From IMG/VR virus record IMGVR_UViG_3300033402_000778, positions 1-39,972 of that record: DNA of 39,972 bases; one strand, 5' to 3'. The DNA comes from a virus. Its lineage: Duplodnaviria; Caudoviricetes. Positions 1-7,085 of the stretch are shown here, one piece after another. A program made the position numbers and the translations under genes. Numbering within the stretch: the stretch's first letter is position 1; each line of letters starts with the position of its first letter. Under the pieces are notes generated by a model that saw only the letters and a list, made by a program, of their open reading frames with translations, did no database searches and was not told the DNA's origin.

Positions 1-406
1 ATGAAGCTGCTCATCGACTATGAAAAGCAGGCGGAGTATCCGCTGGAGCGCACCGAGACCGGCACGCTCGACTGGCTCGTAGAGAAGATGGCGCTTTCGA
101 AAGACAAGGCGCAACTCAAATACAACGAATTTCTGACCTTGAGCGGAATTCCGGCGGACGTGTGTGAGTACCGCGGGGGAACCGGAGCGCGCTGGAGCGG
201 GTGGTGGACCAGTACCGCGTGAGCACCGACAAGCGGTCGGTAATTGTGAACAATCCAAACCGGGAGGACGACCCCGAGTACATCGTCCGGCTGATTGGCA
301 GGTGGTGACGGTTTCCGCGCAGACGGTGCGACTGCTGCGGGAGTTGGCGGGGTTGTCGATCGAGCAGGAGCAGGAGCGGCTTGCGCCGCGCGGGTTGGAT
401 TTCTAA
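1..406 (+). pseudogene. 3' end of a type ISP restriction-modification enzyme (C-terminal specificity domain), with two frameshifts; host gene
   Basis: Stitching frames gives ...VEKMALSKDKAQLKYNEFLTLSGIPADVCEYR / NRSALERVVDQYRVSTDKRSVIVNNPNREDDPEYIVRLI / QVVTVSAQTVRLL..., matching the type ISP (LlaBIII-like) C-terminal pattern YxxGNRSALEWxxDQY...NDPN...VxxVS. Single-base losses occur at ~175-179 and ~297-298. Confidence 0.8.
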
Positions 407-482
407 AACTTATGGATGGGGGTGTGCAGGGGTTTAAACTCCGGGCTACCGGCCGCGGGCTTTCAAAGCCGGGGCTATTGGG

Positions 483-538
483 TTCGTGGTATCCCACCCT
501 GGCTGCAAAAACAAGAACGCGGCGAGGGTGGGGCAACC
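483..538. repeat. REP-like palindromic element (Acidobacteriaceae type)
   Basis: Hairpin CCCACCCT-GGCTGC...GCGGCG-AGGGTGGG with an A-rich loop and a GGGGCAACC end. It resembles the TCCCACCC...GGGGCACCC intergenic repeats I recall from Acidobacteriaceae genomes. Confidence 0.6.
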
Positions 539-575
539 ATACAACATGAGGGTAAAAGCCATGTTGTATGGGTGC
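533..575. repeat. 16-bp inverted repeat (1 mismatch) with 11-bp spacer; candidate attL / integrase core site
   Basis: GCAACCATACAACATG-agggtaaaagc-CATGTTGTATGGGTGC, 20 bp beyond the integrase stop. There is no U-tract on either side. Confidence 0.45.
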
Positions 576-595
576 GAACCCCTAACGCAATCAAG

Positions 596-1570
596 TCAGT
601 TCACTCTTCCGGTCCCTGTTAAAAGCGTGGGCATAAAGCTTTCGGCTGCCCTAGAAACTGCTTTACGTTGTTCGTCGCCGATGATGTGTGAGTATAAATC
701 AAGCGTTGTCCTGATGTCACTGTGCCCAAGCTGCTTTTGTGCGACCTTCGGATTCGCTCCGTCCGAGACTAGGACCGATGCCAGCGCATGGCGGAAAGCG
801 TGAAGCCCTCCACGCGGAATTCCTAGCCGTTTCAGCAGTGGCGCCAGCCGTCTTTCGCGCCACGAGTTCATATCGACCGGTCCTCCATGCTTGCCCCTGA
901 AGACCAGGCCGGTTGAGTTGCCCGAGCGTTCCTGATGCGCCCGGAGGATGTCGAGCAGAGGATCGGGAAGGGGAACCACCCGATTACCAGCCCTGCTTTT
1001 GACCGCGTTCATCTGGCCACGATAGCAAGAGCGGCGAACCTCAAGGTACGCGCCCTCCAAGTCGATGTCCTCCCATTGCAGACCGGCGAGCTCTCCGCTT
1101 CGGAGGCCGGTCATCACTGCCGTGACCCACATCGAGCGCTCAGGCTCTTGGGCCGCTTCGAGGATCTGTTGCGCCTGGTCGGGGGTGAACGTCCTGCCCC
1201 GCTGCTTCTCGCCTTCTACTGGAATCACCAGCCGGGTTCGGTCCAGCCTCTGGGCTTTATGGCCCCATTGGACCGCGCTGGTGAGGATCGAATTCAGTGT
1301 CCCAAGTACGTTCAACACATAGGCCCTTGAGGCCCCAAGACGGACCATTCCGGCGATCATGCCTTGTACCGCTTCCGGGTTGATGTCTTGTAGTCTCATC
1401 TGTCCAAACGCCGGAATCAGGAACCGGCGGATATGCTGCCTTGCGGTTACGGAGGCGGAAGGTTTCCACATCGGTAGAACCTTCGGACCCCAGGATTCTG
1501 TGAAGTCTGCAAAATTCACTCTCGTCTGGGCCATCACTACGCTCCTTAGCCCATTGAAAGCGCGCTTCAT
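596..1570 (-). CDS. int: Tyrosine recombinase / phage integrase (324 aa, probably leaderless)
   Basis: Catalytic residues GLRSGEL (R), VKSR (K), HAFRH, LGH and LDLYSH (Y), plus a SAM-like core-binding domain. The ATG at 1570 lies 5 nt after a -10 box. Confidence 0.95.
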   Translation of the reverse strand: MKRAFNGLRSVVMAQTRVNFADFTESWGPKVLPMWKPSASVTARQHIRRFLIPAFGQMRLQDINPEAVQGMIAGMVRLGASRAYVLNVLGTLNSILTSAVQWGHKAQRLDRTRLVIPVEGEKQRGRTFTPDQAQQILEAAQEPERSMWVTAVMTGLRSGELAGLQWEDIDLEGAYLEVRRSCYRGQMNAVKSRAGNRVVPLPDPLLDILRAHQERSGNSTGLVFRGKHGGPVDMNSWRERRLAPLLKRLGIPRGGLHAFRHALASVLVSDGANPKVAQKQLGHSDIRTTLDLYSHIIGDEQRKAVSRAAESFMPTLLTGTGRVN

Positions 1571-1575
1571 TGGTG

Positions 1576-1603
1576 ACTCTAGCACATTGGTCTGAATTGT
1601 CAA
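1576..1603 (-). promoter_or_regulatory. Sigma70 promoter for int
   Basis: TTGACA-attcagaccaatgtgc (16 nt)-TAGAGT with an extended TGn, followed by cacca-ATG. Confidence 0.75.
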
Positions 1604-1797
1604 TACTTCCCCGGAAAATAAAAGAGATTTCTTTGAAGGTGGCCCATGGGGATGTGAACTGTCTGGAAAGATTACTTCACTATAGGGGCCACCGGGCCGA
1701 AGAAGCGTGACTCCCCTCACCGATGCACTTAAAAGGTTATCGTGACATGTGTTTAGCGCACTTCTAACGCACTCGCTGAATGGTATAGGGTGCGATC

Positions 1798-1995
1798 ATG
1801 CCGCCCAAAAGGATTATGCTCACCGTGACGCCAAGGATTGACCAGTTTCTAGAGCGCATGGTCGAGGAAACCGGGATTGACCGCAGCAACCTGATTCGGA
1901 CGCGCCTTTGGGAATGGATGCGTGAAGAACAAGATCGATCTATCGCTGAGCGCCAGCTAAAGAAAGACCTAAAGCAAAAACAGCCCCGAGGTTGA
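1798..1995 (+). CDS. Ribbon-helix-helix (CopG/Arc-like) transcriptional regulator
   Basis: KRIMLTV beta strand, helix TPRIDQFLERMVEETG, then DRSNLIRTRLWEWM. TAGGGT lies 6 nt before the ATG, suggesting a leaderless mRNA. Confidence 0.8.
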   Translation: MPPKRIMLTVTPRIDQFLERMVEETGIDRSNLIRTRLWEWMREEQDRSIAERQLKKDLKQKQPRG

Positions 1996-2020
1996 GCCGG
2001 GGCCTCAGCTTCTCTCTCCC
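1983..2020 (+). terminator. Possible terminator after the RHH gene
   Basis: GCCCCG-aggttgagc-CGGGGC stem followed by a pyrimidine-rich tract. Confidence 0.35.
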
Positions 2021-2080
2021 ATCTAAATCTACGCGACTGTGACAGCCGTCACGGGTCGATGTTCATCGCTGTATCCACAG

Positions 2081-2108
2081 TTGACACATAGGACCTATGT
2101 GCTAATGT
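2081..2108 (+). promoter_or_regulatory. Sigma70 promoter with embedded 17-bp palindromic operator
   Basis: TTGACA (2081-2086), 16 nt, TAATGT (2103-2108) with TGn. The perfect palindrome CACATAGG-A-CCTATGTG spans 2085-2101. Confidence 0.8.
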
Positions 2109-2122
2109 CGGGGAGTACCAAG

Positions 2123-2223
2123 TTCCGCCGCTCCGCAGATTCAAGCGTGGGTTCGCAAGGACGAGACGCCCGGCTGTGCGCAGTGCCAATAAGTCGGTCA
2201 AGTAACCGGGCAGGGCGGCGGAA
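2123..2223 (+). ncRNA. Candidate structured leader / small RNA
   Basis: An 11-bp closing stem TTCCGCCGCTC/GGGCGGCGGAA encloses a GCAA-capped hairpin and a CCCGG/CCGGG-closed domain. Confidence 0.45.
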
Positions 2224-2237
2224 AAGAAAGAAGGGGC

Positions 2238-2447
2238 ATGAACGTCACAATCGACATCGGCCAGCCGTACAGCGTGGAAGTGCTGGAGAAATACGCGGGC
2301 ACCGAACACGAGAGGGAGGCCGTCGGTATGGTCCTGCGCCGCGCCTCGGACCATCTCTATCACCACATCGAGCCTGACGCGCCGGTAGAGGACTTCGCGG
2401 CGGTTGACCTGCTCGACGATCTGCGCGCCGGACTGGGGGTGCTGTGA
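2238..2447 (+). CDS. Hypothetical protein (69 aa, acidic)
   Basis: SD AAGGGG; first gene after the promoter and leader; overlaps the next gene. Confidence 0.75.
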   Translation: MNVTIDIGQPYSVEVLEKYAGTEHEREAVGMVLRRASDHLYHHIEPDAPVEDFAAVDLLDDLRAGLGVL

Positions 2448-2635
2448 TGAATCGTTACGAGATGCGCAGACAGTTTGGCCGCAACCCCGACACTTGCGCC
2501 GTGCTCGTGTGGGCAATCCAGCAAGCGCTCAAGGGAATCGGGAAGCGCCACCCTGACGGCAAGCGCCAGCGGAAATCCCGCCTCCGCGACTTGACGATCT
2601 ACCGCCTTCGCTCCGAGACAAAGGAGGCCCGCTGA
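2444..2635 (+). CDS. Hypothetical basic protein (63 aa)
   Basis: GTGA overlap with the previous gene and TGATG overlap with the next. Confidence 0.65.
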   Translation: MMNRYEMRRQFGRNPDTCAVLVWAIQQALKGIGKRHPDGKRQRKSRLRDLTIYRLRSETKEAR

Positions 2636-2865
2636 TGCCCAGAGGCAAAGCACTTAACCCCTGCACCGGCTCATGCCTGACGGTCGAGGTTACAGACTTC
2701 GACTCCATCGACGACAGCGACGGCCGACTGATGGTCAACTGCCCGGTTTGCAGCCGCGCCCTCTATCCGCGCAGCCAGAGCTCTACGAACGGCCTGGACG
2801 GCGTTCACTTCTTTTCTGTGCTGCCCACTCACAACGTCAACCCGAACCACCAGGTGAACGCATGA
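2635..2865 (+). CDS. Small putative Zn-binding protein (76 aa)
   Basis: SD AAGGAGG; CTGSC...CPVC...H residues. Confidence 0.7.
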   Translation: MPRGKALNPCTGSCLTVEVTDFDSIDDSDGRLMVNCPVCSRALYPRSQSSTNGLDGVHFFSVLPTHNVNPNHQVNA

Positions 2866-2972
2866 TCGACGACGGTCTCGGTTGCTTCCGTGGAATCCGC
2901 AACTGCCCCTACATCTACGCCGCGCTGGCCGCTGCCGTGTGCCTCGGCTTGCTCGTATGGAGGGTGCTTTGA
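2862..2972 (+). CDS. Small membrane protein (36 aa)
   Basis: MIDDGLGCFRGIRNCPYIYAALAAAVCLGLLVWRVL; ATGA overlap; one TM helix. Confidence 0.6.
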   Translation: MIDDGLGCFRGIRNCPYIYAALAAAVCLGLLVWRVL

Positions 2973-3175
2973 ACCTTCAGAACGCAGTCCACCAGCGCCG
3001 CGCAGATCCTGTCGGACTCACCCTGGAGGAATACAACCAGGGCCACGAATACCCACTCGCCAACGTCCTCGGCCCCTCTGCCAACAAGAGCCGCCGGCGT
3101 CTCAACTGGTTCAACTGGTTCGCCGGCCTCACGCTGCTTGCGGCGGTGGTCGCGGCTATCATGGAGGCAATGTGA
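2969..3175 (+). CDS. Small C-terminally anchored membrane protein (68 aa, TTG start)
   Basis: SD GGAGGG; TTGA overlap; C-terminal WFNWFAGLTLLAAVVAAIM. Confidence 0.6.
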   Translation: MNLQNAVHQRRADPVGLTLEEYNQGHEYPLANVLGPSANKSRRRLNWFNWFAGLTLLAAVVAAIMEAM

Positions 3176-3615
3176 AAACCCTCATTCTGTGCGCGCTGAT
3201 CCTTTGCGCCGCGTCCCTATCCGGTCAGGCCCTGCCGGATGCGCCCAAGCCACATCTTGACCGCCTGGAATGGTCCCTGCTGGCCACCGACGCCGCCGTG
3301 CGGGGCTTGGATGTCTACTCGACGCACTGGGCAGAGCAGGCGGGCAACAAAGAGCGAGTGCTCCCCGGCTTCATCGCCAACCATCCGCCGATGATGGCCC
3401 TCTACTCAGGTGGCATGGTATTCGCGCAATACTGGATTGCCCGGAAGCTGGTCGCCCACCATCACCGCAAGCTGGCCTATTTCGTGACCTCGGCAGACGT
3501 GGCCATCACAGCCCCGAGCGCGATTCACAACCTCTTTCTGCCCGTCTGTGTGGCGCCGAACGTATACCTCTCGACTGGCTGCCAGGCTCCTGTCTCTGGC
3601 GTCATCTACAAGTGA
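3172..3615 (+). CDS. Exported/membrane protein (147 aa) with signal peptide and LPDAP motif
   Basis: GTG start with SD GGAGG; MKTLILCALILCAASLSGQALPDAPK; a D..ST...G..E segment followed by hydrophobic helices (DUF5658-like pattern, tentative). Confidence 0.7.
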   Translation: MKTLILCALILCAASLSGQALPDAPKPHLDRLEWSLLATDAAVRGLDVYSTHWAEQAGNKERVLPGFIANHPPMMALYSGGMVFAQYWIARKLVAHHHRKLAYFVTSADVAITAPSAIHNLFLPVCVAPNVYLSTGCQAPVSGVIYK

Positions 3616-3669
3616 TTGCCGCCCTGCGGTATGCTGAAAAGTCGCAAGGTGCGCACTTGGAGGCTGGAC

Positions 3670-3888
3670 GTGGGCAAGAAGAAAGAGGAGTTCGTGTGGG
3701 ATTTTAGCGAGGTTCCAGACGCGGCAATCATCGCGGAGGCCGGGCGGCGTCGTCAGAAGCTGGGACACAAGCCAAAGACCCCGACGCCCTGCAAGCACTG
3801 CGGGAAGATATTCGGGGCGGCTGAGGTTCGGAAGCACTGGCCGGTGTGCCCCAAGAAACCAATTCGCGGGAAGGCGAAGAAGGCATGA
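3670..3888 (+). CDS. C2HC zinc-finger basic protein (72 aa)
   Basis: SD GGAGG then GTG at 3670; CKHC...HWPVC. Confidence 0.7.
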   Translation: MGKKKEEFVWDFSEVPDAAIIAEAGRRRQKLGHKPKTPTPCKHCGKIFGAAEVRKHWPVCPKKPIRGKAKKA

Positions 3889-4046
3889 AGGCTATTTCAG
3901 AGGATCTTCGGAAACTGCTAGAGAACCCGCCCCGCGTGATTCGATGCGAGATGTGCCACGGTAAAGGGACGCTCGATGGAATGAAGTGCGGTGCCTGTGG
4001 CGGGGTAGGCATCCACCGCATTGAGCAAGCAAAGGGCGAGGCCTAA
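3885..4046 (+). CDS. Small DnaJ-type CxxCxGxG zinc-finger protein (53 aa)
   Basis: CEMCHGKG...CGACGGVG; ATGA overlap. Confidence 0.7.
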   Translation: MKAISEDLRKLLENPPRVIRCEMCHGKGTLDGMKCGACGGVGIHRIEQAKGEA

Positions 4047-4056
4047 GCCCCGCCCC
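4033..4056 (-). terminator. Terminator at the convergence of the + and - units
   Basis: Minus strand GGGGCGGGGC-TTAG-GCCTCGCCCT followed by TTG. Confidence 0.55.
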
Positions 4057-4076
4057 TCATCCCCCCCCCTGCCGCT

Positions 4077-4562
4077 TCAGGCTGCCAGTTCACCCGGTAG
4101 AATCAACATCCCCGACTCAATCAGCTTTGCCGTTAGGCGGTCCATAGCCGCCGGGAACTTGTACGCGATCGTGCGGACGCTCATCCCGAGCAACTGCGCC
4201 GCCTCCGAGTGCGTGTACTCCTGAAGGACGATCCTCTCCAGCATGTCCCGGTCCAGCGAAGGCAGAGCCTTGATGCACTTTTCCATGTCGTAGACGAAGA
4301 TGATGGCATCCTCGAACGTGCGGATCGGCTTGCTTGAGACCCAGCCACGGCCAACCGGGTCACTGAGGCCTGAGCCGACGCGCGCCGTCTGCATGGAGCA
4401 GTAGAGGTAGCGCCTCAGCAAGCCGTGCGTGTGCTGGCGAAAGAAGTAGGTCTCTGTCGTGGAGAATTCAGGCAGCGGCTTGGGCTTTGGCTTGACAACC
4501 CGAGGGGCTTCCCGCTTGATCGTCTTCCGGTCGCTCCATTTGACGTAGTTTTTGCTCGTCAC
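4077..4562 (-). CDS. Sigma70 region-4-like HTH transcriptional regulator (161 aa)
   Basis: C-terminal CIKALPSLDRDMLERIVLQEYTHSEAAQLLGMSVRTI...RL is a typical region-4 HTH. No recognisable region 2. Confidence 0.8.
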   Translation of the reverse strand: MTSKNYVKWSDRKTIKREAPRVVKPKPKPLPEFSTTETYFFRQHTHGLLRRYLYCSMQTARVGSGLSDPVGRGWVSSKPIRTFEDAIIFVYDMEKCIKALPSLDRDMLERIVLQEYTHSEAAQLLGMSVRTIAYKFPAAMDRLTAKLIESGMLILPGELAA

Positions 4563-4777
4563 TGTGCACCCCCGGTTTCATCGGCAACCGCGTATACCTG
4601 GATGAGTTGCCCCCCCCGGTGCGATGGACGCCGCCCGCGCCGAACCCGGCTCTCCGGTGTGGGAAAGCTGGCCAGCTTAAGTTCGCAGGGTGCACAATAC
4701 GCGCCCGAATTACCTTCTGGACGGCACCAGATACAGCCGCAAGCCTCGCAGATCTTCAGCTTCATCACTTGGTCCAT
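4559..4777 (-). CDS. Small Zn-ribbon protein (72 aa)
   Basis: CEACG...YCAPC; GTGA coupling to the sigma-like gene. Confidence 0.75.
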   Translation of the reverse strand: MDQVMKLKICEACGCIWCRPEGNSGAYCAPCELKLASFPTPESRVRRGRRPSHRGGQLIQVYAVADETGGAQ

Positions 4778-4790
4778 GGTGCGCCCCCGT

Positions 4791-5771
4791 TCAGTTGCCT
4801 ATTGCCCCGATGCAGTTCGCACCGTCGTACTGGAATATTGCCAGGTAGGTTCCCTGAGCCCAGCTTGGAATGGTCAGCGTGTTTCCCGACATGACGATCT
4901 GCCCAGGCGCGAACTGCCAGTTGCAGCCACTTCCAAAGGTCACCGTCTGAGCCGTCGGAGTGACCGCGCCAGCCAGCGCCAGCGGGTTGATGAGGATCGA
5001 GAAGTAGTTGCCAGCCACGAGGCCGGTGACGTTGACCGTGCGCGTCGTGATGCCGTCGGCCACCGCGTAGCAGAGGGGCAAGACACCGTCATTACCGCAG
5101 TTGTTCGACGGCCCGGCGGGGGTGTAGAGCGGCAAGGTGAACGCGCTCATCGGTGCGCCGGCGGCGTTGAAGGTGACCACGGCAGAGTCAACGGCCGTCG
5201 AACTTGACACAGGGCCGTTGGTGACAACCAGCATGTTCCACATGGTCATCAGATCGGGAGGCCCATAGAGCGCGGTGGGCGCGCTGAAGGTTGGAACGTA
5301 GGCGTCGAAGTTGCACCTGGGCGCACCTGTCGTCGAATCGATCTGACACCAGTCCGAGCTACCCTGGGGCGTTCCGTGAGGCTGCAAGCAGGTATAGCCG
5401 CCGGGTGCGAGAAGGCGATCTCCGGTGCCGGTTTCCTTGGCTACCACGGAAAAGCAGATGTTCGGCGGATTGGTCAGGCTTACATCGGGAAGATTGATGG
5501 TGAACGCGCCGGTCTTGATCGGCACGGTAATCGGCACGTCCGACGTCTGGCCCGGTACGCCTCCGCAAGCACTCAGGAAGCTGATGGGCACCCCGGCCGC
5601 GCTGACAGGGGCAAAGCTGATGGTTCCACTGGCCTCAAGCACACCGGCTGAATTCTTGATTCCCGCGGCGAAGACTTGGACGCAACCGGAGGGAACCTGC
5701 GCGGTGACTGTCGGTGAAAACATGAGCGCCGCAAGGGCCGCGATTATCAGGAATAGCGCCGTGCGCTTCAT
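4791..5771 (-). CDS. Exported Cys-rich beta protein with tail-fibre-like C-terminus (326 aa)
   Basis: Sec signal MKRTALFLIIAALAALMFSPTVTA-Q; 10 Cys; C-terminal QTVTFGSGCNW...LAIFQYDGANCIG. Confidence 0.7.
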   Translation of the reverse strand: MKRTALFLIIAALAALMFSPTVTAQVPSGCVQVFAAGIKNSAGVLEASGTISFAPVSAAGVPISFLSACGGVPGQTSDVPITVPIKTGAFTINLPDVSLTNPPNICFSVVAKETGTGDRLLAPGGYTCLQPHGTPQGSSDWCQIDSTTGAPRCNFDAYVPTFSAPTALYGPPDLMTMWNMLVVTNGPVSSSTAVDSAVVTFNAAGAPMSAFTLPLYTPAGPSNNCGNDGVLPLCYAVADGITTRTVNVTGLVAGNYFSILINPLALAGAVTPTAQTVTFGSGCNWQFAPGQIVMSGNTLTIPSWAQGTYLAIFQYDGANCIGAIGN

Positions 5772-5780
5772 GGTGACTCC

Positions 5781-6080
5781 TTAGAAAATGTGCGGTACGA
5801 ACTTGGCCGCGTCGTTGAGAATCTTCTGGCCTTTGGATGGGTGAGCTATCGAGTGCATCTCGTCTGCAGCGTCCTGAACGAAGGCCTGGACTGATGCCAG
5901 AGTTCCACGCATAGAAGCGCTGGTCTGTGCATCGACGGGGTGCTTCAGCGCATAATCGGCGTCGTCGATGAGGGTGATGGTGTGCTGATTCAGCCCATAA
6001 GCGCCCCAGGCCGTCAGAGCGAGGAACGCAATGACGGCCAGGATCAGGGCGAAGTGTGCGACTTGGAGGAGACGGGTCAT
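5781..6080 (-). CDS. N-terminally anchored membrane protein (99 aa); possible spanin-like lysis accessory
   Basis: TM HFALILAVIAFLALTAWGAY followed by a helical domain; located in the lysis cassette. Confidence 0.6.
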   Translation of the reverse strand: MTRLLQVAHFALILAVIAFLALTAWGAYGLNQHTITLIDDADYALKHPVDAQTSASMRGTLASVQAFVQDAADEMHSIAHPSKGQKILNDAAKFVPHIF

Positions 6081-6081
6081 T

Positions 6082-6399
6082 TTAGAGCGTCTTCGCCAGC
6101 GTGACGAACTGTGGGATGCTGGCCAGCAGCGCCTTGACAGTGGCAATCACGTTCACGTCGAGACCGGCATCGGCCAGCTTGGCCTCAGCGGCAGTGCCGC
6201 CCGCCGTGAGCACCGATGCAATCTCGCCGAGGATCGCGTAGCCCGCCTTCTCAACCGGCACAGCCAGAGGGCCGTAGGTTGGGATTGCGGCGGTGACAGC
6301 CTCGACGGTGGATGCGGATGCTTCGACCTTGGGGACGTCGGCAACAACCTTCTGGAAGACGGTTGCGAAGAAATGACCTACGGATTTGAACGTAATCAT
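6082..6399 (-). CDS. Ala/Val-rich helical hypothetical protein (105 aa) in the lysis cassette
   Basis: SD AAGGAGG, ATG at 6399 (MITFKSVGHFF...). Confidence 0.7.
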   Translation of the reverse strand: MITFKSVGHFFATVFQKVVADVPKVEASASTVEAVTAAIPTYGPLAVPVEKAGYAILGEIASVLTAGGTAAEAKLADAGLDVNVIATVKALLASIPQFVTLAKTL

Positions 6400-6424
6400 G
6401 TTTGCGGCCTCCTTTGTGGCCGGG

Positions 6425-6634
6425 TTACTGGGTTGAGTCGGGAAATCGGCCTGAATCGGCGCCTTTGCTGTTGTGACCGGCGAAGGCACCGAGGGCGCCA
6501 CTGACGAGGTTGCTGGAGACTGCGAGGACCGCGGTCCCGATAGAGATCGGGTCAGGGTGGAAAAGAACTGCAAGAGCAAGGATCACCCCCAAGATTGCGA
6601 GTAGAACGGCCCAAAAGGGCTGTGGCCAGGTCAT
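6425..6634 (-). CDS. Putative holin (2 TM, 69 aa)
   Basis: Two hydrophobic helices and a hydrophilic tail; ATGA overlap with the endolysin. Confidence 0.7.
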   Translation of the reverse strand: MTWPQPFWAVLLAILGVILALAVLFHPDPISIGTAVLAVSSNLVSGALGAFAGHNSKGADSGRFPDSTQ

Positions 6635-7077
6635 GCTGAGACCCCTTCCTGATAACGCGCTACGCCGTCCACGAAGTGAGCGGTCAGAACCTGTTGCCGC
6701 ATTGCCGGGGCAACAGAGAAATGGACCCAGGCTCCCTCTTGAATCACCTGGTCGAACTGGATCATCGGGTAGGAGACGATCTTCTTGACGATGTCCAGCG
6801 GTGAGCCGAACTGCGGGCAGACGAAGTCAGCCGCGTAGCCGGTGACGTGTGCCGAGTCAGGGACGCCGCGCACGATGCGGTTGAGGTCAGGGCAGCGATA
6901 GCCTGAATCGATGTGAAGCGGAGAGCCGAGGATCGCTCTCACCTTCTCAAGGCTGGCAGCCAGCGCGGCCAGGTGCTCGACGATCTCCGGAGACGCGGTG
7001 TTGTCGATGCCATGGGCGACCGCCGTCGAGCTAAAGGTCAACTCTTCGAGGCTGAGGTGTGGGGAAAGCAGTTGCAT
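6631..7077 (-). CDS. Endolysin, peptidase M15A family (148 aa)
   Basis: LSPHLSLEEL, IDSGYRCPDLN, SAHVTGYAAD and WVHFS motifs; SD AAGGAG before ATG 7077. Confidence 0.9.
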   Translation of the reverse strand: MQLLSPHLSLEELTFSSTAVAHGIDNTASPEIVEHLAALAASLEKVRAILGSPLHIDSGYRCPDLNRIVRGVPDSAHVTGYAADFVCPQFGSPLDIVKKIVSYPMIQFDQVIQEGAWVHFSVAPAMRQQVLTAHFVDGVARYQEGVSA

Positions 7078-7085
7078 GTCGCTCC

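Noticed and set aside
533-575. dif (XerC/D) site or tRNA-derived att
   Set aside because: The spacer is 11 bp rather than 6, the arms match the XerD consensus poorly, and no tRNA fold is nearby.
1571-1720. 50-aa N-terminal extension of the integrase in the ORF track (GTG 1720)
   Set aside because: It runs through a clear TTGACA/TAGAGT promoter and a hairpin region and does not resemble an arm-binding domain.
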